DNA of 64,000 nucleotides, from positions 22,238 to 86,237 of the forward strand of contig JAKLEP010000003.1 in assembly GCA_022703055.1 (NCBI GenBank), read 5' to 3'. Position 1 is the stretch's first letter. Each line of letters opens with the position of its first letter. Origin of the DNA: Candidatus Omnitrophota bacterium. Its GTDB lineage: Bacteria; Omnitrophota; Gorgyraeia; VGKH01. Positions 39,459 to 49,972 of this stretch are shown in pieces. Position numbers and translations under genes: made by a program. The notes below the pieces were generated by a model. The model was not told the DNA's origin. It searched no databases and saw only the letters and a list, made by a program, of their open reading frames with translations.

Positions 39459-40904
39459 TTAGTACCTTTTTAGACTATTTTTTAGCTGTTTCAAAACAGT
39501 ATTGCTGGTCAAAATTCTATAAAAATAATTTAGTTCAGAATTAGTTTTAATTTTGGATACCATAACTCTAGGTAGTATTTTATGCAAGGGTTTTTTACCT
39601 TTATATACATTGTAGTCAAACCACACATAACTTTTTTGTATTTGTTTTTTATTGAATCCAGGAAGATCTAAAACTGCTTTATTTCTTTCCATTGTAGTAT
39701 CAAAAGGCTCCTTTAGCAATCCCATGTCTTTAGATAAATTATATAATTCAGTTCCAGGATAAGGGAAAAATATACTAAGAAAATGCCAGTCAGGCAAACA
39801 CTGACGATTAATTTCTATCGTTTGATTGAAATCCTCAATCGTCTCTCCTGGAATACCAAGTAAATTGAAGAAACAGATTTTCAGATCGTATTTACGCGCT
39901 AGTTTAGTAACTTTAATCACGTCCTCGTTTGAATATTCCCTCTTAAGCATTTGGCTGCGTATTCTTTCGCTTCCTGATTCTACCCCGATATTTATAAACT
40001 TAAAATTGCATTTTTTGAACAAGTTAAATATCTCATTAAAATCAATATTCTTAGCTATCCTTATATTGGTTCCAAATTCCAAGGGAGATTCTAGGGTCGA
40101 GTTAAAATGTTCCAATGCCGAACAGAGTTCAATACAAAAGTTTCTATTCAAAGTTATGGACTCAACTTCAAGATAGATTTCTTTCATGCCCGGGTAATTA
40201 TTAACAATTTTTTCAATTTCATTCAGAATATTTTCTGGCGATCTTAATCTAACATATGGTCCAGAAGCGATTTTTTTAAGCGCATGGTTACAACAGTAAG
40301 TGCATTCGAATGGGCAGCCTCTACCAACAAGCACGGACGAGTTTATTTCTGGCTCAGCTATCCATCCTTCCCACATTTTTCGATCAGGAGGTGGCAAAAT
40401 ATCGAGATGGTGCAAAAAGGGACGTGTAGAATTTTTTTCTAAGCTATCGCCATGTTTAATCCATAGATTAGAAATCATAGATGGTTCCTGGCCATTTTGC
40501 AACTGTTCAACTAACTCAAGAGTAGGATATTCCCCTTCCCCTATGCATAAAGCATCGAAGGAATCCTTGATGCATTCAACGGGATTAAGAGAGGGGTGAG
40601 CACCGCCAATTAACAAGAATATTTCCGGGAATCGATTCTTTATATATTCTGCAATTTCTGCAATAAATCTATATTCCGAATAAACCGCAGTAAAACAGAT
40701 CAAGGAAGGCAAAAAATCTTTTAGAAATTTTTCTAATTTATATTTCTTTGTTTTTTTCGTTATTACAAATAGCTTAGTATTATGGCCATATTGTTTTAAT
40801 AATGATGAGATATACGAGATACCAAATTGAATCTGTTCTTGGTTTTGAATGGGTTTATCAGTCGAGTAGTAATCCTGTCGTGAATAAATGAAAAGTATAT
40901 TCAA
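39459..40904 (-). CDS. B12-binding (class B) radical SAM enzyme no. 1
   Basis: The N-terminal cobalamin-type Rossmann region has FLLIGGAHPS. The radical SAM motif is GRGCPFECTYCC (CxxxCxxC). Also present are INIGVESGSERI and LLGIPGET. Confidence 0.85.
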   Translation of the reverse strand: MNILFIYSRQDYYSTDKPIQNQEQIQFGISYISSLLKQYGHNTKLFVITKKTKKYKLEKFLKDFLPSLICFTAVYSEYRFIAEIAEYIKNRFPEIFLLIGGAHPSLNPVECIKDSFDALCIGEGEYPTLELVEQLQNGQEPSMISNLWIKHGDSLEKNSTRPFLHHLDILPPPDRKMWEGWIAEPEINSSVLVGRGCPFECTYCCNHALKKIASGPYVRLRSPENILNEIEKIVNNYPGMKEIYLEVESITLNRNFCIELCSALEHFNSTLESPLEFGTNIRIAKNIDFNEIFNLFKKCNFKFINIGVESGSERIRSQMLKREYSNEDVIKVTKLARKYDLKICFFNLLGIPGETIEDFNQTIEINRQCLPDWHFLSIFFPYPGTELYNLSKDMGLLKEPFDTTMERNKAVLDLPGFNKKQIQKSYVWFDYNVYKGKKPLHKILPRVMVSKIKTNSELNYFYRILTSNTVLKQLKNSLKRY

Positions 40905-40935
40905 TTAAAACCTTTCTCGTTTCTCACAATATACA

Positions 40936-42375
40936 TTAATAGGCGCCCTTTCTTTTTAAAACTACTGGTATCGTCAGCCATAGAATTTTTAGATCTAAGC
41001 CAAAGCTCCAGTTATTGATATACCAGAGGTCTAGCTTAACCCATTTATAAAAACTTAAGTTGCTTCTTCCTCTTATTTGCCAAAGGCAGGTAATGCCTGG
41101 TTTGATTTGCAGCCTTTTTAGCTGCCAATCTTTGTATTGTTCTACTTCTTCGGGCGTAGGTGGGCGAGGCCCAACCAGGCTCATGTCTCCCTTAAATACA
41201 TTCCAAAGCTGGGGCAGTTCATCTAGGCTTAGTTTGCGCATAAGTCTTCCTAATTTTGTAACGCGCGGGTCATCGGCCATTTTAAAAATTGGTCCTTTCT
41301 TCTCGTTCTTGTCTTTTAGAGATCCCAGCATGGTATCTGCGTTTTGCACCATCGAGCGAAATTTATAGAAATTAAATAACCTTCCTTTCCTCCCGCATCG
41401 TTTTGATATATACCAGATCGGTCCAGGGCTATCCAGTTTGATTAAAACGCTTAAAATCAAAAATAGCGGGCAGCATAGCAACAAGGCCAACCCAGATAAG
41501 CATAAATCAAGAGCTCGCTTTATAATCAAATCTGTACCATGAATTTCTTTAATGTGATATTGAAGAAGTGGCACTGAGCCAATATGATGCATTTCAATGG
41601 TACTAATGGAAAGATCGAATAATTCCGGCACCATCCTTACGGTGACGCCGAGCCTCTTTGCTTCAGAAGTTACTTCGACAACCTTTTGCTTTTGGGAAGG
41701 AATAGTAATATATACTTCGTCAATGAATTTTTTCTTTACTATTTTTTCAAAATCAGTTGTTTCTCCTAAGATATGGTATCCGTTTATGACATCTGTCTTG
41801 TTTCTGTAGTCATCGAGAAAACCAACGATATTTAAGCCTAAAAAGGGATGATTCTTTATTTCATCAACCAACATAGCTCCGGTTTTCCCCGCTCCGACTA
41901 TCAGAACATTGAGGTTATTATAACCTTCGAGAATGAGTTGTCTGACATATAATCTTTTGATTATTCTCCATAGGCTTAAACATATAAATATGGTGACAGC
42001 GGAGATGCCAAAAATTAATCTAGAGAAAATCATAACCTTCAGGAAGAATATAGCAGCGAGCGGTGGCAAAGATGCAAAAAATATGGCCCTCAAGACTAAA
42101 ATAATTTCTCTTGGGATGGAAAGCTCTCTGTCGGTTCCATATAGGCCGTAGTTATTCAATATTAAGATTATAAGTAGTGTCCAGAATACAAAAATAAGCG
42201 AGTAAGTCGGAAGATTGCTAAAATGCAGAGTTTTCCAGAAGATAGGCAGATTAATCAACTGTTCTATTGTCAATCTGTTGTAGCGAAGTATATACGGGAC
42301 ATATACGCAGATGGCTATAAGCACTATATCAAAAACTATATAAAGCGCATTGGCTTTTGTTAATTCTTTACGCAT
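40936..42375 (-). CDS. Polyprenyl-phosphate glycosylphosphotransferase (WbaP/WcaJ-type initiating enzyme)
   Basis: The protein has N-terminal TM helices, a central Rossmann-like region ([10 protein letters not shown]), and a C-terminal Bac_transf domain ([21 protein letters not shown]). Confidence 0.9.
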   Translation of the reverse strand: MRKELTKANALYIVFDIVLIAICVYVPYILRYNRLTIEQLINLPIFWKTLHFSNLPTYSLIFVFWTLLIILILNNYGLYGTDRELSIPREIILVLRAIFFASLPPLAAIFFLKVMIFSRLIFGISAVTIFICLSLWRIIKRLYVRQLILEGYNNLNVLIVGAGKTGAMLVDEIKNHPFLGLNIVGFLDDYRNKTDVINGYHILGETTDFEKIVKKKFIDEVYITIPSQKQKVVEVTSEAKRLGVTVRMVPELFDLSISTIEMHHIGSVPLLQYHIKEIHGTDLIIKRALDLCLSGLALLLCCPLFLILSVLIKLDSPGPIWYISKRCGRKGRLFNFYKFRSMVQNADTMLGSLKDKNEKKGPIFKMADDPRVTKLGRLMRKLSLDELPQLWNVFKGDMSLVGPRPPTPEEVEQYKDWQLKRLQIKPGITCLWQIRGRSNLSFYKWVKLDLWYINNWSFGLDLKILWLTIPVVLKRKGAY

Positions 42376-43480
42376 TTAGCAACTCCCTGATAATTATCGG
42401 ACTGGCCTTTCCGTTTCCATAGGGATTTTTAGCAGTTATCATTTTTGAATATTGCTTACTATCTTTAAGCAGCCCAGATACCGAATTGACTATATCAGAT
42501 TTTTTTGTACCAATCAATTTAGCAATTCCTTCTTCTATCCCTTCCATTCTTTCGCTTACATTTCTCATGACGATTACGGGTTTTTTAATGCTTGGGGCCT
42601 CTTCCTGAACTCCGCCTGAATCGGTTAATATAAGATAAGAATTCTTCATCAACCAGACAAAAGACGGATAATTGAGAGGTTCTATCAAATGCATATTGTT
42701 AACCTTTGAAAGAATCTGAAAAACCGTTTTTCTGACATTCGGATTTAGATGCACCGGATAGACTATCTCAAGATTAGGAAATTCTCTTGCGATTTGTTTT
42801 AATCCTAGGCATATTTCCTGAAAAGGCTTGCCGAAGCTTTCTCTCCTATGTCCGGTGACAAGAAGAATCTTCTTAGAAAAGTCTATGTTTTTTAAGCTTC
42901 CAGCAAATTTATTTCTCGGAATACTTTTGATTTTATCGAGTGTATAAAATAAAGCGTCGATCCCGGTATTTCCAGTAATGAATATCTTCTTTTTTTCAAT
43001 GTTCTCTTTTAGCAGTGATTTCTCTGCTTTTTTTGTGGGGGCAAAATGGATATCGGCAAGTTGAGTTGTCAGTGTGCGGTTTATCTCTTCCGGAAAAGGA
43101 GAGAATTTATTGTATGTCCTTAAGCCCGCCTCAACATGAGCAATCTTGGTTTTGTTATAGAAAGCGCATAGAGCCCCTACAAAAGTAGTAGTTGTGTCTC
43201 CTTGTACTATCACCCAATCAGGATTGACTTTCTTGATGATGTCCCCAAGTTTTAATATTGCTTTCGATGTAATATCGAAAAGATTCTGGTTAGGCTCCAT
43301 TAAGTTTAAATCAAAATCTGGCCTAATGCCAAAAAAATTGACTACTTGATCAAGCATGTGCCTATGCTGTCCGGTGAGGCAGATATAGATCTTTATTTTT
43401 TTATGTTTTCTCGCCTCTTGGATAACTGGCGCCAATTTAATCGCGTCAGGGCGAGTTCCTAAAATAAAAAGTAATTTCAT
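42368..43480 (-). CDS. wecB: UDP-N-acetylglucosamine 2-epimerase (non-hydrolysing)
   Basis: The motifs are ILGTRPDAIKLAPV, VQGDTTT and DSGGVQEEAP. Confidence 0.9.
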   Translation of the reverse strand: MKLLFILGTRPDAIKLAPVIQEARKHKKIKIYICLTGQHRHMLDQVVNFFGIRPDFDLNLMEPNQNLFDITSKAILKLGDIIKKVNPDWVIVQGDTTTTFVGALCAFYNKTKIAHVEAGLRTYNKFSPFPEEINRTLTTQLADIHFAPTKKAEKSLLKENIEKKKIFITGNTGIDALFYTLDKIKSIPRNKFAGSLKNIDFSKKILLVTGHRRESFGKPFQEICLGLKQIAREFPNLEIVYPVHLNPNVRKTVFQILSKVNNMHLIEPLNYPSFVWLMKNSYLILTDSGGVQEEAPSIKKPVIVMRNVSERMEGIEEGIAKLIGTKKSDIVNSVSGLLKDSKQYSKMITAKNPYGNGKASPIIIRELLNA

Positions 43481-44565
43481 TTCTTTTTCTTTTTGTCGAA
43501 CTGAAAATCTCTTACTGCCGAGGACATTCCTGGAGGGAAATCAGCATCTTTTTCGATTTTATCCCAATTAGCTTTAAACCAGGCAATTGCATTCTTGATT
43601 CCTTCATCAAAAGTAGTATTTGGGCTATAACCGATCAGTTTATTGGCTTTGTCGATTGAGGCACAAAGCCGGTTTTTGGTATCCCACTTTCTTTTGGCGA
43701 CAAATTTGACCCCAGCAGGATTTTTTGTCAATTTATTGATTAAATTCGCCAAATCAATAATTTTGGTTTCTTTTCCTGACGCAAGATTGATATCTTCTCC
43801 CGCTGCCTTATCATTCGCAGCCGCTCTTAGAAGTCCTTCGACGATATCTCCGACATAAGTGAAATCTCTTGTCTCATCTCCTGTTCCAGTAATGGGTAGT
43901 GTTTTTTTCTGCATTGCCCAGAAAATGAAATTGGGGATTACATTACGGTATTGGCCAGGAATCTCTCCAGGGCCATAGGAATTAAAGAACCTAGTTTTAA
44001 CTACTTTTAAGTTGTAGTGATGATTGAAGAAATTGCAATAAAGTTCGCCCAACATTTTTGTTATCTGATAAGGTGAGCTCAAATGCAGAGACATGAATTC
44101 TTCTTTTAACGGTAAAGGTGAGCTGCTACCGTATATTGAACAGCCAGAAGACGCATAAATGAATTTATCAACTCCGGTTAGCACCGAATACTCAAGAAGT
44201 TTTAGCGTGCCCATTCCATTGACCAACAAGTCTTGTTCTGGATGATCTACGGAATTCTGGTTAGCAAAAAAAGCGGCCAGATGAAAAACACAATTTGGTT
44301 TTTCAAAAAATATCCTTTTTAGCTTAATTTCATCAAGGATGCTCCCTTCAACTAGCATGACATTGGGTAGCGATGGAACGCTCCATTTTTGCGCGGAAGA
44401 GAAATCATCCAGGATAATAACCATCTTGGCGCCTAATTCAGCCAGGGCGGCAGTCAAATTACAGCCGATTGCCCCTGCGCCTCCGGAGATAAGAATTTTC
44501 TTCCCTTTAAAATATTCACTAAAATTAACCAAGTTGCCTCCTTTAAAGTATTTTAGTTTTAGCAA
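43477..44565 (-). CDS. NAD-dependent sugar-nucleotide epimerase/dehydratase (extended SDR)
   Basis: The cofactor motif is ISGGAGAIGCNL and the catalytic YxxxK is SPYQITK. The substrate cannot be assigned from sequence alone. Confidence 0.8.
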   Translation of the reverse strand: MLKLKYFKGGNLVNFSEYFKGKKILISGGAGAIGCNLTAALAELGAKMVIILDDFSSAQKWSVPSLPNVMLVEGSILDEIKLKRIFFEKPNCVFHLAAFFANQNSVDHPEQDLLVNGMGTLKLLEYSVLTGVDKFIYASSGCSIYGSSSPLPLKEEFMSLHLSSPYQITKMLGELYCNFFNHHYNLKVVKTRFFNSYGPGEIPGQYRNVIPNFIFWAMQKKTLPITGTGDETRDFTYVGDIVEGLLRAAANDKAAGEDINLASGKETKIIDLANLINKLTKNPAGVKFVAKRKWDTKNRLCASIDKANKLIGYSPNTTFDEGIKNAIAWFKANWDKIEKDADFPPGMSSAVRDFQFDKKKKK

Positions 44566-45979
44566 CGGAAGATCTGATAAGAGCTGATATTCCGTTAGAG
44601 ATCTTGCGGATGTCAGAAACAGTCCTTATATTCGTAAGGTAGGAAAGAATTATGCTCGGCCTTACATAGAACTCCAAAAACGCCTTTTTTCGGTATGATT
44701 CAAGGGTTTCTTTTTTTAAGCCCTTAGGGACGAAAACAGGAAACCACATGCTCATTTTGTCCCAATTTCTATCGAATTCACCGTATTGGTCAGCCATATC
44801 GTAAATTTCTGAACCGGGCAGCGGCGTTAAGAACGTAGCATGAAAATCATCTAGTTTTATGCGTTTGGCGAAATCGATGGTTTGCTGCAAAGTTTCTTCC
44901 GTTTCCATGAAATTGCCCATCATAAAGAAACCTTTTGATTTTATCCCAACTTTTCTGGTCCATCCGATGACTTTTTCCATTTGTGCCAATGTCTCATTTT
45001 TGCGATAAAAGTCTAAAATATCCTGTGAGCCGCTCTCAAGGCCAAACGATATTCTCCAGCATCCGGCTTGTTTCATCATCAAAAGAAGCGATTCGTCAGT
45101 AATATTGTCGATACGGCCGTAGCATCCCCATGTTAAATCAATCTTTTCTTTAATCACTGCATTACAAAACTCTACCAGCCTGCTTTTCAGCATTATGAAG
45201 TTATCGTCGTTAAAGAATATATCTTTGATTCCGTATTGTTTCTGCAAATACTTTACTATTTCCAAGAGACGTTTTGTACTGTAAGCTCTTACTTTTGTTC
45301 CGAACATTGAATTGTCGCAGAACCTGCATTTGTAGGGACAGCCTCTTGAGGTTATAAGAGATGTGGTCGGTAGTCTGCCAAGTTTATGTACGGATGACTT
45401 ATAAGAGTGTGGAAAACCAGGCAGAAGATCCAAAGCATCCATAGGCAAGGAATCCAAATCTTTCAATAATTCAGCTCTGCCGGTGTTTATTGCGTGCTCA
45501 CCATCACGAAAAACCAACCCTTTTAATTTACTAAAATCCTTATTTTGTTCGAGAAGTTTTAATAGTTCAACAGTGGTGACTTCGCCTTCCCCTACGACTC
45601 CGATGTCAAACATGGGGAACATTTTGATGGTTTCTTCCGGCATAGCAGTGATGTGAGGCCCTCCAATTAAGATCTTAATCTCAGGATTGGTATTTTTTAT
45701 CCTTTCGGCGATTTTAGCTGCTTTATTTATCGAAACGGTAACAGTGGTAAAACCTACGTAGGCAGGTTTCTCTTCCAGGATAGCGCTCACGGTGCCTTCC
45801 ATACCTAACCCTAGTACCGCAGCGTCTAGAATTGAGACTGGGATATTGTTCTGTCTTAAAACGGCAGCCAAGATCGTAAGGCCAAGCGGCGGAAGCGACG
45901 TCCCGCCTTTAGCTAAGGTTCCGTATCGTTCTTCCAGGGTTAAGGGTGGATTAACTAGTACTATTTTTTTCATAACCAA
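44543..45979 (-). CDS. B12-binding (class B) radical SAM enzyme no. 2
   Basis: The N-terminus has LPPLGLTILAAVL and ILIGGPHITA. The radical SAM motif is SRGCPYKCRFCDN. FGLESGSQDIL is also present. Confidence 0.85.
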   Translation of the reverse strand: MVMKKIVLVNPPLTLEERYGTLAKGGTSLPPLGLTILAAVLRQNNIPVSILDAAVLGLGMEGTVSAILEEKPAYVGFTTVTVSINKAAKIAERIKNTNPEIKILIGGPHITAMPEETIKMFPMFDIGVVGEGEVTTVELLKLLEQNKDFSKLKGLVFRDGEHAINTGRAELLKDLDSLPMDALDLLPGFPHSYKSSVHKLGRLPTTSLITSRGCPYKCRFCDNSMFGTKVRAYSTKRLLEIVKYLQKQYGIKDIFFNDDNFIMLKSRLVEFCNAVIKEKIDLTWGCYGRIDNITDESLLLMMKQAGCWRISFGLESGSQDILDFYRKNETLAQMEKVIGWTRKVGIKSKGFFMMGNFMETEETLQQTIDFAKRIKLDDFHATFLTPLPGSEIYDMADQYGEFDRNWDKMSMWFPVFVPKGLKKETLESYRKKAFLEFYVRPSIILSYLTNIRTVSDIRKISNGISALIRSSVAKTKIL

Positions 45980-46709
45980 ATATCTCCCTCAAAACAACCC
46001 AGATAAAAATCAAATTGGTTGTGGCGTATCTTTTCCACAGCCGTTTCGGTTCCTGCAGAAATCTGTAAAACCATTCAAAACCTATTTTGCTTACCCATTT
46101 TGGGGCGAATTTACAATAACCAGCTGCGATGTCAATAGTTCCCCCTACGCCAAATGACACAGGTACATTCAACCTGGAAAGGTTTTTACTGATAAACCTT
46201 TCTTTGAGAGGGCTGCTCATGGCGACAAAAAGAACATCGGGCCTTGCTTCATTAATTTTCTTTATAATATCATAATCCTGGGAAAAGTCAAAATATCCGT
46301 GATGACGCCCAACTATATTCAAATTTGGGTGTTTTCCCTTAAGATTAGAGATAGCTTTCTCTAGAATTTCTTCTTTAGCGCCCAAGAAAAACAGCCGGTA
46401 GCCAGTATTTTGAGTTTTTTCAAGAAATCTAAACATTAATTTCGCAGCGCTTACGGGTTCTTTTAGCGATTTTCCTAAAAGCCTGCAGGCAAAATATACT
46501 ACGTGGCTATCAACAGTAAGCATGTCTGCTGATGCATATATTTTCTTAAGTTCCTTATCCTTATGCGCCCTAGCGACTAGTTCCGCACCAGTAGTAAATA
46601 CTGCTCGCGGCCTTCTTTCTTTTATAAACTCTTCCATTGTAGCGACCGCATCATCCAAAGTCACATTATTGTAGTTCAATCCAAAAACTTTGAAAGTTTG
46701 ATTTTTCAT
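45951..46709 (-). CDS. tagA: WecB/TagA/CpsF-family glycosyltransferase (N-acetylmannosaminyl-type)
   Basis: The 252 aa protein has FFLGAKEEILEKA...NIVGRHHGYF and VPVSFGVGGTID. It lies close to wecB, which supplies ManNAc. Confidence 0.8.
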   Translation of the reverse strand: MKNQTFKVFGLNYNNVTLDDAVATMEEFIKERRPRAVFTTGAELVARAHKDKELKKIYASADMLTVDSHVVYFACRLLGKSLKEPVSAAKLMFRFLEKTQNTGYRLFFLGAKEEILEKAISNLKGKHPNLNIVGRHHGYFDFSQDYDIIKKINEARPDVLFVAMSSPLKERFISKNLSRLNVPVSFGVGGTIDIAAGYCKFAPKWVSKIGFEWFYRFLQEPKRLWKRYATTNLIFIWVVLREIFGYEKNSTS

Positions 46710-48850
46710 AGCCCTATCTTTTTTAAATCAACCGACTCAGGCATAACGCTCTTTAGGGAATCAATGATTTTGAATGTTAAATATGTAGAGCTGGCGATAT
46801 CTTCAAATTTAATCGGCATACCTTGTTTATTTAAAATGCAATTTATGAAACTGTCGATTTCATTTTGGTAGCCCATATCGCGGTTGAGTTTTGACATTCG
46901 CGATGTTTTATTATTCCTTGTGAATTCTGCACTGCGGAAATTATCGATAATACAAACTGAATCTTGGCCAAAAACTTCTATTCTTTCTCTCGGGAATGAT
47001 GAATCTCCGATAGAATTATAATTAATCATTCCTATAGAATTATCTTTATATTTAATAGTGATGACTAGACTTTGAGATTTTTCTTCTTCGCTATTTTTGG
47101 TTGCTTCAGCAAAAATCCTTATCGGTTCACTTGCAGTTATAAATTGCAGTAAATCGACAAAATGGCAGACTTCGCCGACAATCCTCCCTCCGCCTTCAGA
47201 AATATTATTCAGCCAGTGTGAATCATCAAGACGCCCCGCATTAATGCGATAGTTGATTATCAATGGGCCAGTCCGGTTTTTATAAAAATCTTTTAATTTC
47301 ACGGTAAAAGGTGAAAAACGCCTGTTAAAACCGATCATCAGTTTACCGTTTGTTTCTTTATAAGTTTTGATTATCTGATTTAATTCATCTTCGAGTATGC
47401 ATAGCGGCTTTTCCACAAAGACAACCTTGTTGTTTTTTAATCCCTCAATAACAAAATTAGCATGCAGATTATGCCTGGTGGCAACAACTACAGCATCAAT
47501 GTTTTTGTCCCCGAAAATCTCTTTGTTTTCTGAAGTGGCATAGTCGAAATTAAACTTTTCAGCGATGTTTTTAGAGCTTAATCCTCGAGAAGCCGACACT
47601 GCCCTAAGGTAGACTTTCTTATTTTTAGCGAAAATCGGTAAAAGATAACCCATAGAAAAGCTGCCTGCGCCGATGAAGCCGATATTGGCCACGCCCTTTT
47701 TTATCTCAGGTTTTTTAGAAGTAAATACTTTCTTTGTCTTCTCTACTTGCCCTGAATAATTAATGAGAATCCCCAATGATTTATTATCTTTGGCTAATAA
47801 TTCGTAGGCGCTTTTAGCCAGATTGATATCAAATTCTTTGCTTATAAGTTTTTCCACGTTTACTAGCTTTTTTGATATCAGGCTTAAGAATTCTTCTGCA
47901 TTTTTCTTGGCGCTAAAGATAGTCTTTTTTTGCTTAAGCGTAATATCTTCTGTGAGAGTTTCGTCTCCAAAACCACGAGAAACTACGAAATCGAGTTCTT
48001 TATCAAAGAACTCTTTTCGCGGAATATTGATCGGGACCAGGCCAACCAAGACTACCTTCCCGTATTTTTTGGTAATAGCTCCAGCTAATTCTATCGGCTT
48101 ACTATCCTTACTGGCTGCAGTAATAATCACGGCATCCAGGCCGGCATCGTTAGAAAAGCTTTTTGCTAATGATTCAATATTGTCTTTTCTGGGGTTGCCT
48201 ATAGCTACCCCTAAATCTTTAGCTAAAGATAGTTTGTGGTCATCAAGGTCTATACCCATAACATCGCAACCTAATGCCTTGAGTATCTGGATTGAAAGTT
48301 GGCCAAGCAATCCCAGCCCTATTACCACGATCTTATCGCCTTTTTGTATATTGGCGTTTCTGATTCCTTGCATGGCAATAGCCCCCAGCCCGATAAAACT
48401 AGCTTGTTTGTAGTTGACATTCTCTGGAATTTTGGCGCACATATTGGCCGGGACAGAATTTATCTCTGCATGGGCTGCCAGTCCTTCCCCAAAACAGGCA
48501 ACTCTATTGTTGATTTTAAAATCATTCACTTCATTTCCGGTGTCTATTATGTCACCGGAACAGCTATAACCCAATGAAATAGGCGTATCAAGCTTAATCA
48601 AAGCTTTTCTTACTGTGGAGAAAAGTCCTTCTTGCTTGAGATTATTCATTACTATTTTAACCTGGTCTGGTCTTGATTTTGCTTTAGCAATAATGTTCTT
48701 GGAGGCAAGTTCAATTTTTGAGCGCTCGGTTCCAGTGCTGATTAACGAACATTTGTTCTGTACCAACACTCCATTGGATTTAAGAATTGGCGACGGGACA
48801 TTTTCTACTGATAATTTACCAGTCTTATAATTTTGTTGAATTTGTTTCAT
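46706..48850 (-). CDS. Bi-domain oxidoreductase: MDR/Zn-alcohol-dehydrogenase-like N-terminus fused to a Gfo/Idh/MocA C-terminus
   Basis: The N-terminal half has GYSCSG and VVIGLGLLGQL (MDR Rossmann). The C-terminal half has IGFIGAGSF and VFVEKPL (Gfo/Idh/MocA). It is a single 714 aa ORF. Confidence 0.75.
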   Translation of the reverse strand: MKQIQQNYKTGKLSVENVPSPILKSNGVLVQNKCSLISTGTERSKIELASKNIIAKAKSRPDQVKIVMNNLKQEGLFSTVRKALIKLDTPISLGYSCSGDIIDTGNEVNDFKINNRVACFGEGLAAHAEINSVPANMCAKIPENVNYKQASFIGLGAIAMQGIRNANIQKGDKIVVIGLGLLGQLSIQILKALGCDVMGIDLDDHKLSLAKDLGVAIGNPRKDNIESLAKSFSNDAGLDAVIITAASKDSKPIELAGAITKKYGKVVLVGLVPINIPRKEFFDKELDFVVSRGFGDETLTEDITLKQKKTIFSAKKNAEEFLSLISKKLVNVEKLISKEFDINLAKSAYELLAKDNKSLGILINYSGQVEKTKKVFTSKKPEIKKGVANIGFIGAGSFSMGYLLPIFAKNKKVYLRAVSASRGLSSKNIAEKFNFDYATSENKEIFGDKNIDAVVVATRHNLHANFVIEGLKNNKVVFVEKPLCILEDELNQIIKTYKETNGKLMIGFNRRFSPFTVKLKDFYKNRTGPLIINYRINAGRLDDSHWLNNISEGGGRIVGEVCHFVDLLQFITASEPIRIFAEATKNSEEEKSQSLVITIKYKDNSIGMINYNSIGDSSFPRERIEVFGQDSVCIIDNFRSAEFTRNNKTSRMSKLNRDMGYQNEIDSFINCILNKQGMPIKFEDIASSTYLTFKIIDSLKSVMPESVDLKKIGL

Positions 48851-48851
48851 T

Positions 48852-49955
48852 TCAGTTCGAAATCTCCTTATTAAATATATCTATTAGATTTTCTTCAAAC
48901 TTATCGAAAGTATAATTAGCTAAAAATTTCTTACGGCCCTGTGTCCCCATTTTTATTCGTAATTGTTTATCCCTTATAAGCGTTTCTATCTTTTTTGAAA
49001 GAGATGGGCCGTTCTTTTTGGGAATAATGAAACCCGTTACGTTATCTTCAACTATTTCCGGTATAGCTCCCTCATCAGTTGAAATTATTGGAAGCCCATA
49101 CTCCATAGCTTCTAAGTTTACAATACCAAAGATATCATTGTAAGTTGGGTAGACAAAAATATCTGACTCTTCTAGTATAAAGGATTTGTCTTTCCCGGTT
49201 TTAAAACCAAGATACTTGACTTCGTTTTTCAGATTGCATTGCTCTACCTTATCAAAAAATTCCTCACTAGAAACGTCTTTCCATTCGCCGACAAAATAAA
49301 ACTTAAAATTAAGGCCATTGTTTTTTAAAATCTGCGCTGCCTCCAAAGCAAAAAAGGCGCCTTTGTTTCTAGTTATGTTTGACAAAAATAGTAAATCAGC
49401 TCTCTCTTTAAAAGACCTTTTTTTAATTATTTTTTCAAATTCACTATCTTTTAGAGTATTGTGTATGGCATTAGGTAATACAAATACGTTTTTTTTATCA
49501 ATATAATCTTTTATATCATAAAAAAGTGACTGAGATACAAGTATGACTTTGCTTTTATTAAAACAATATTTATATAAAAGTTTGTGCAAAAAATCTTTTT
49601 TTAGCGATACTCCCTTTCCATGCAAGTGATACAAGCGTTTTACATGGAAAATTCTAAGCAATAAAACGAAAATCATATCCTTATAAAAAGCTATTCCCGT
49701 CGGTGCCAAAGAAAAATAACAAAAACAGAAGCGATTTAAGAGCAATTTTCTTACTAACTTTGATACAATCGAGAAAAAAACGCATATTTTAGTTAATGAT
49801 AATTTCTCTACTTCATTTAGTTTCCTTGAAGTATTTATGGAAATAGTATCTAGATTAAAATACTTGTTCAGTTGCCCATTGATGATATTTTTATTCAATA
49901 CTGTAACGCCATAAGCGGGCGGAGGCAAATGAATTAAGCATAGTATTTTTTTCAT
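48852..49955 (-). CDS. GT4-family glycosyltransferase
   Basis: The C-terminal GT-B signature is GIVNLEAMEYGLPIISTDEGAIPEIVEDNVTGFI. Confidence 0.8.
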   Translation of the reverse strand: MKKILCLIHLPPPAYGVTVLNKNIINGQLNKYFNLDTISINTSRKLNEVEKLSLTKICVFFSIVSKLVRKLLLNRFCFCYFSLAPTGIAFYKDMIFVLLLRIFHVKRLYHLHGKGVSLKKDFLHKLLYKYCFNKSKVILVSQSLFYDIKDYIDKKNVFVLPNAIHNTLKDSEFEKIIKKRSFKERADLLFLSNITRNKGAFFALEAAQILKNNGLNFKFYFVGEWKDVSSEEFFDKVEQCNLKNEVKYLGFKTGKDKSFILEESDIFVYPTYNDIFGIVNLEAMEYGLPIISTDEGAIPEIVEDNVTGFIIPKKNGPSLSKKIETLIRDKQLRIKMGTQGRKKFLANYTFDKFEENLIDIFNKEISN

Positions 49956-49972
49956 AGTGACTAAGTGTAATA

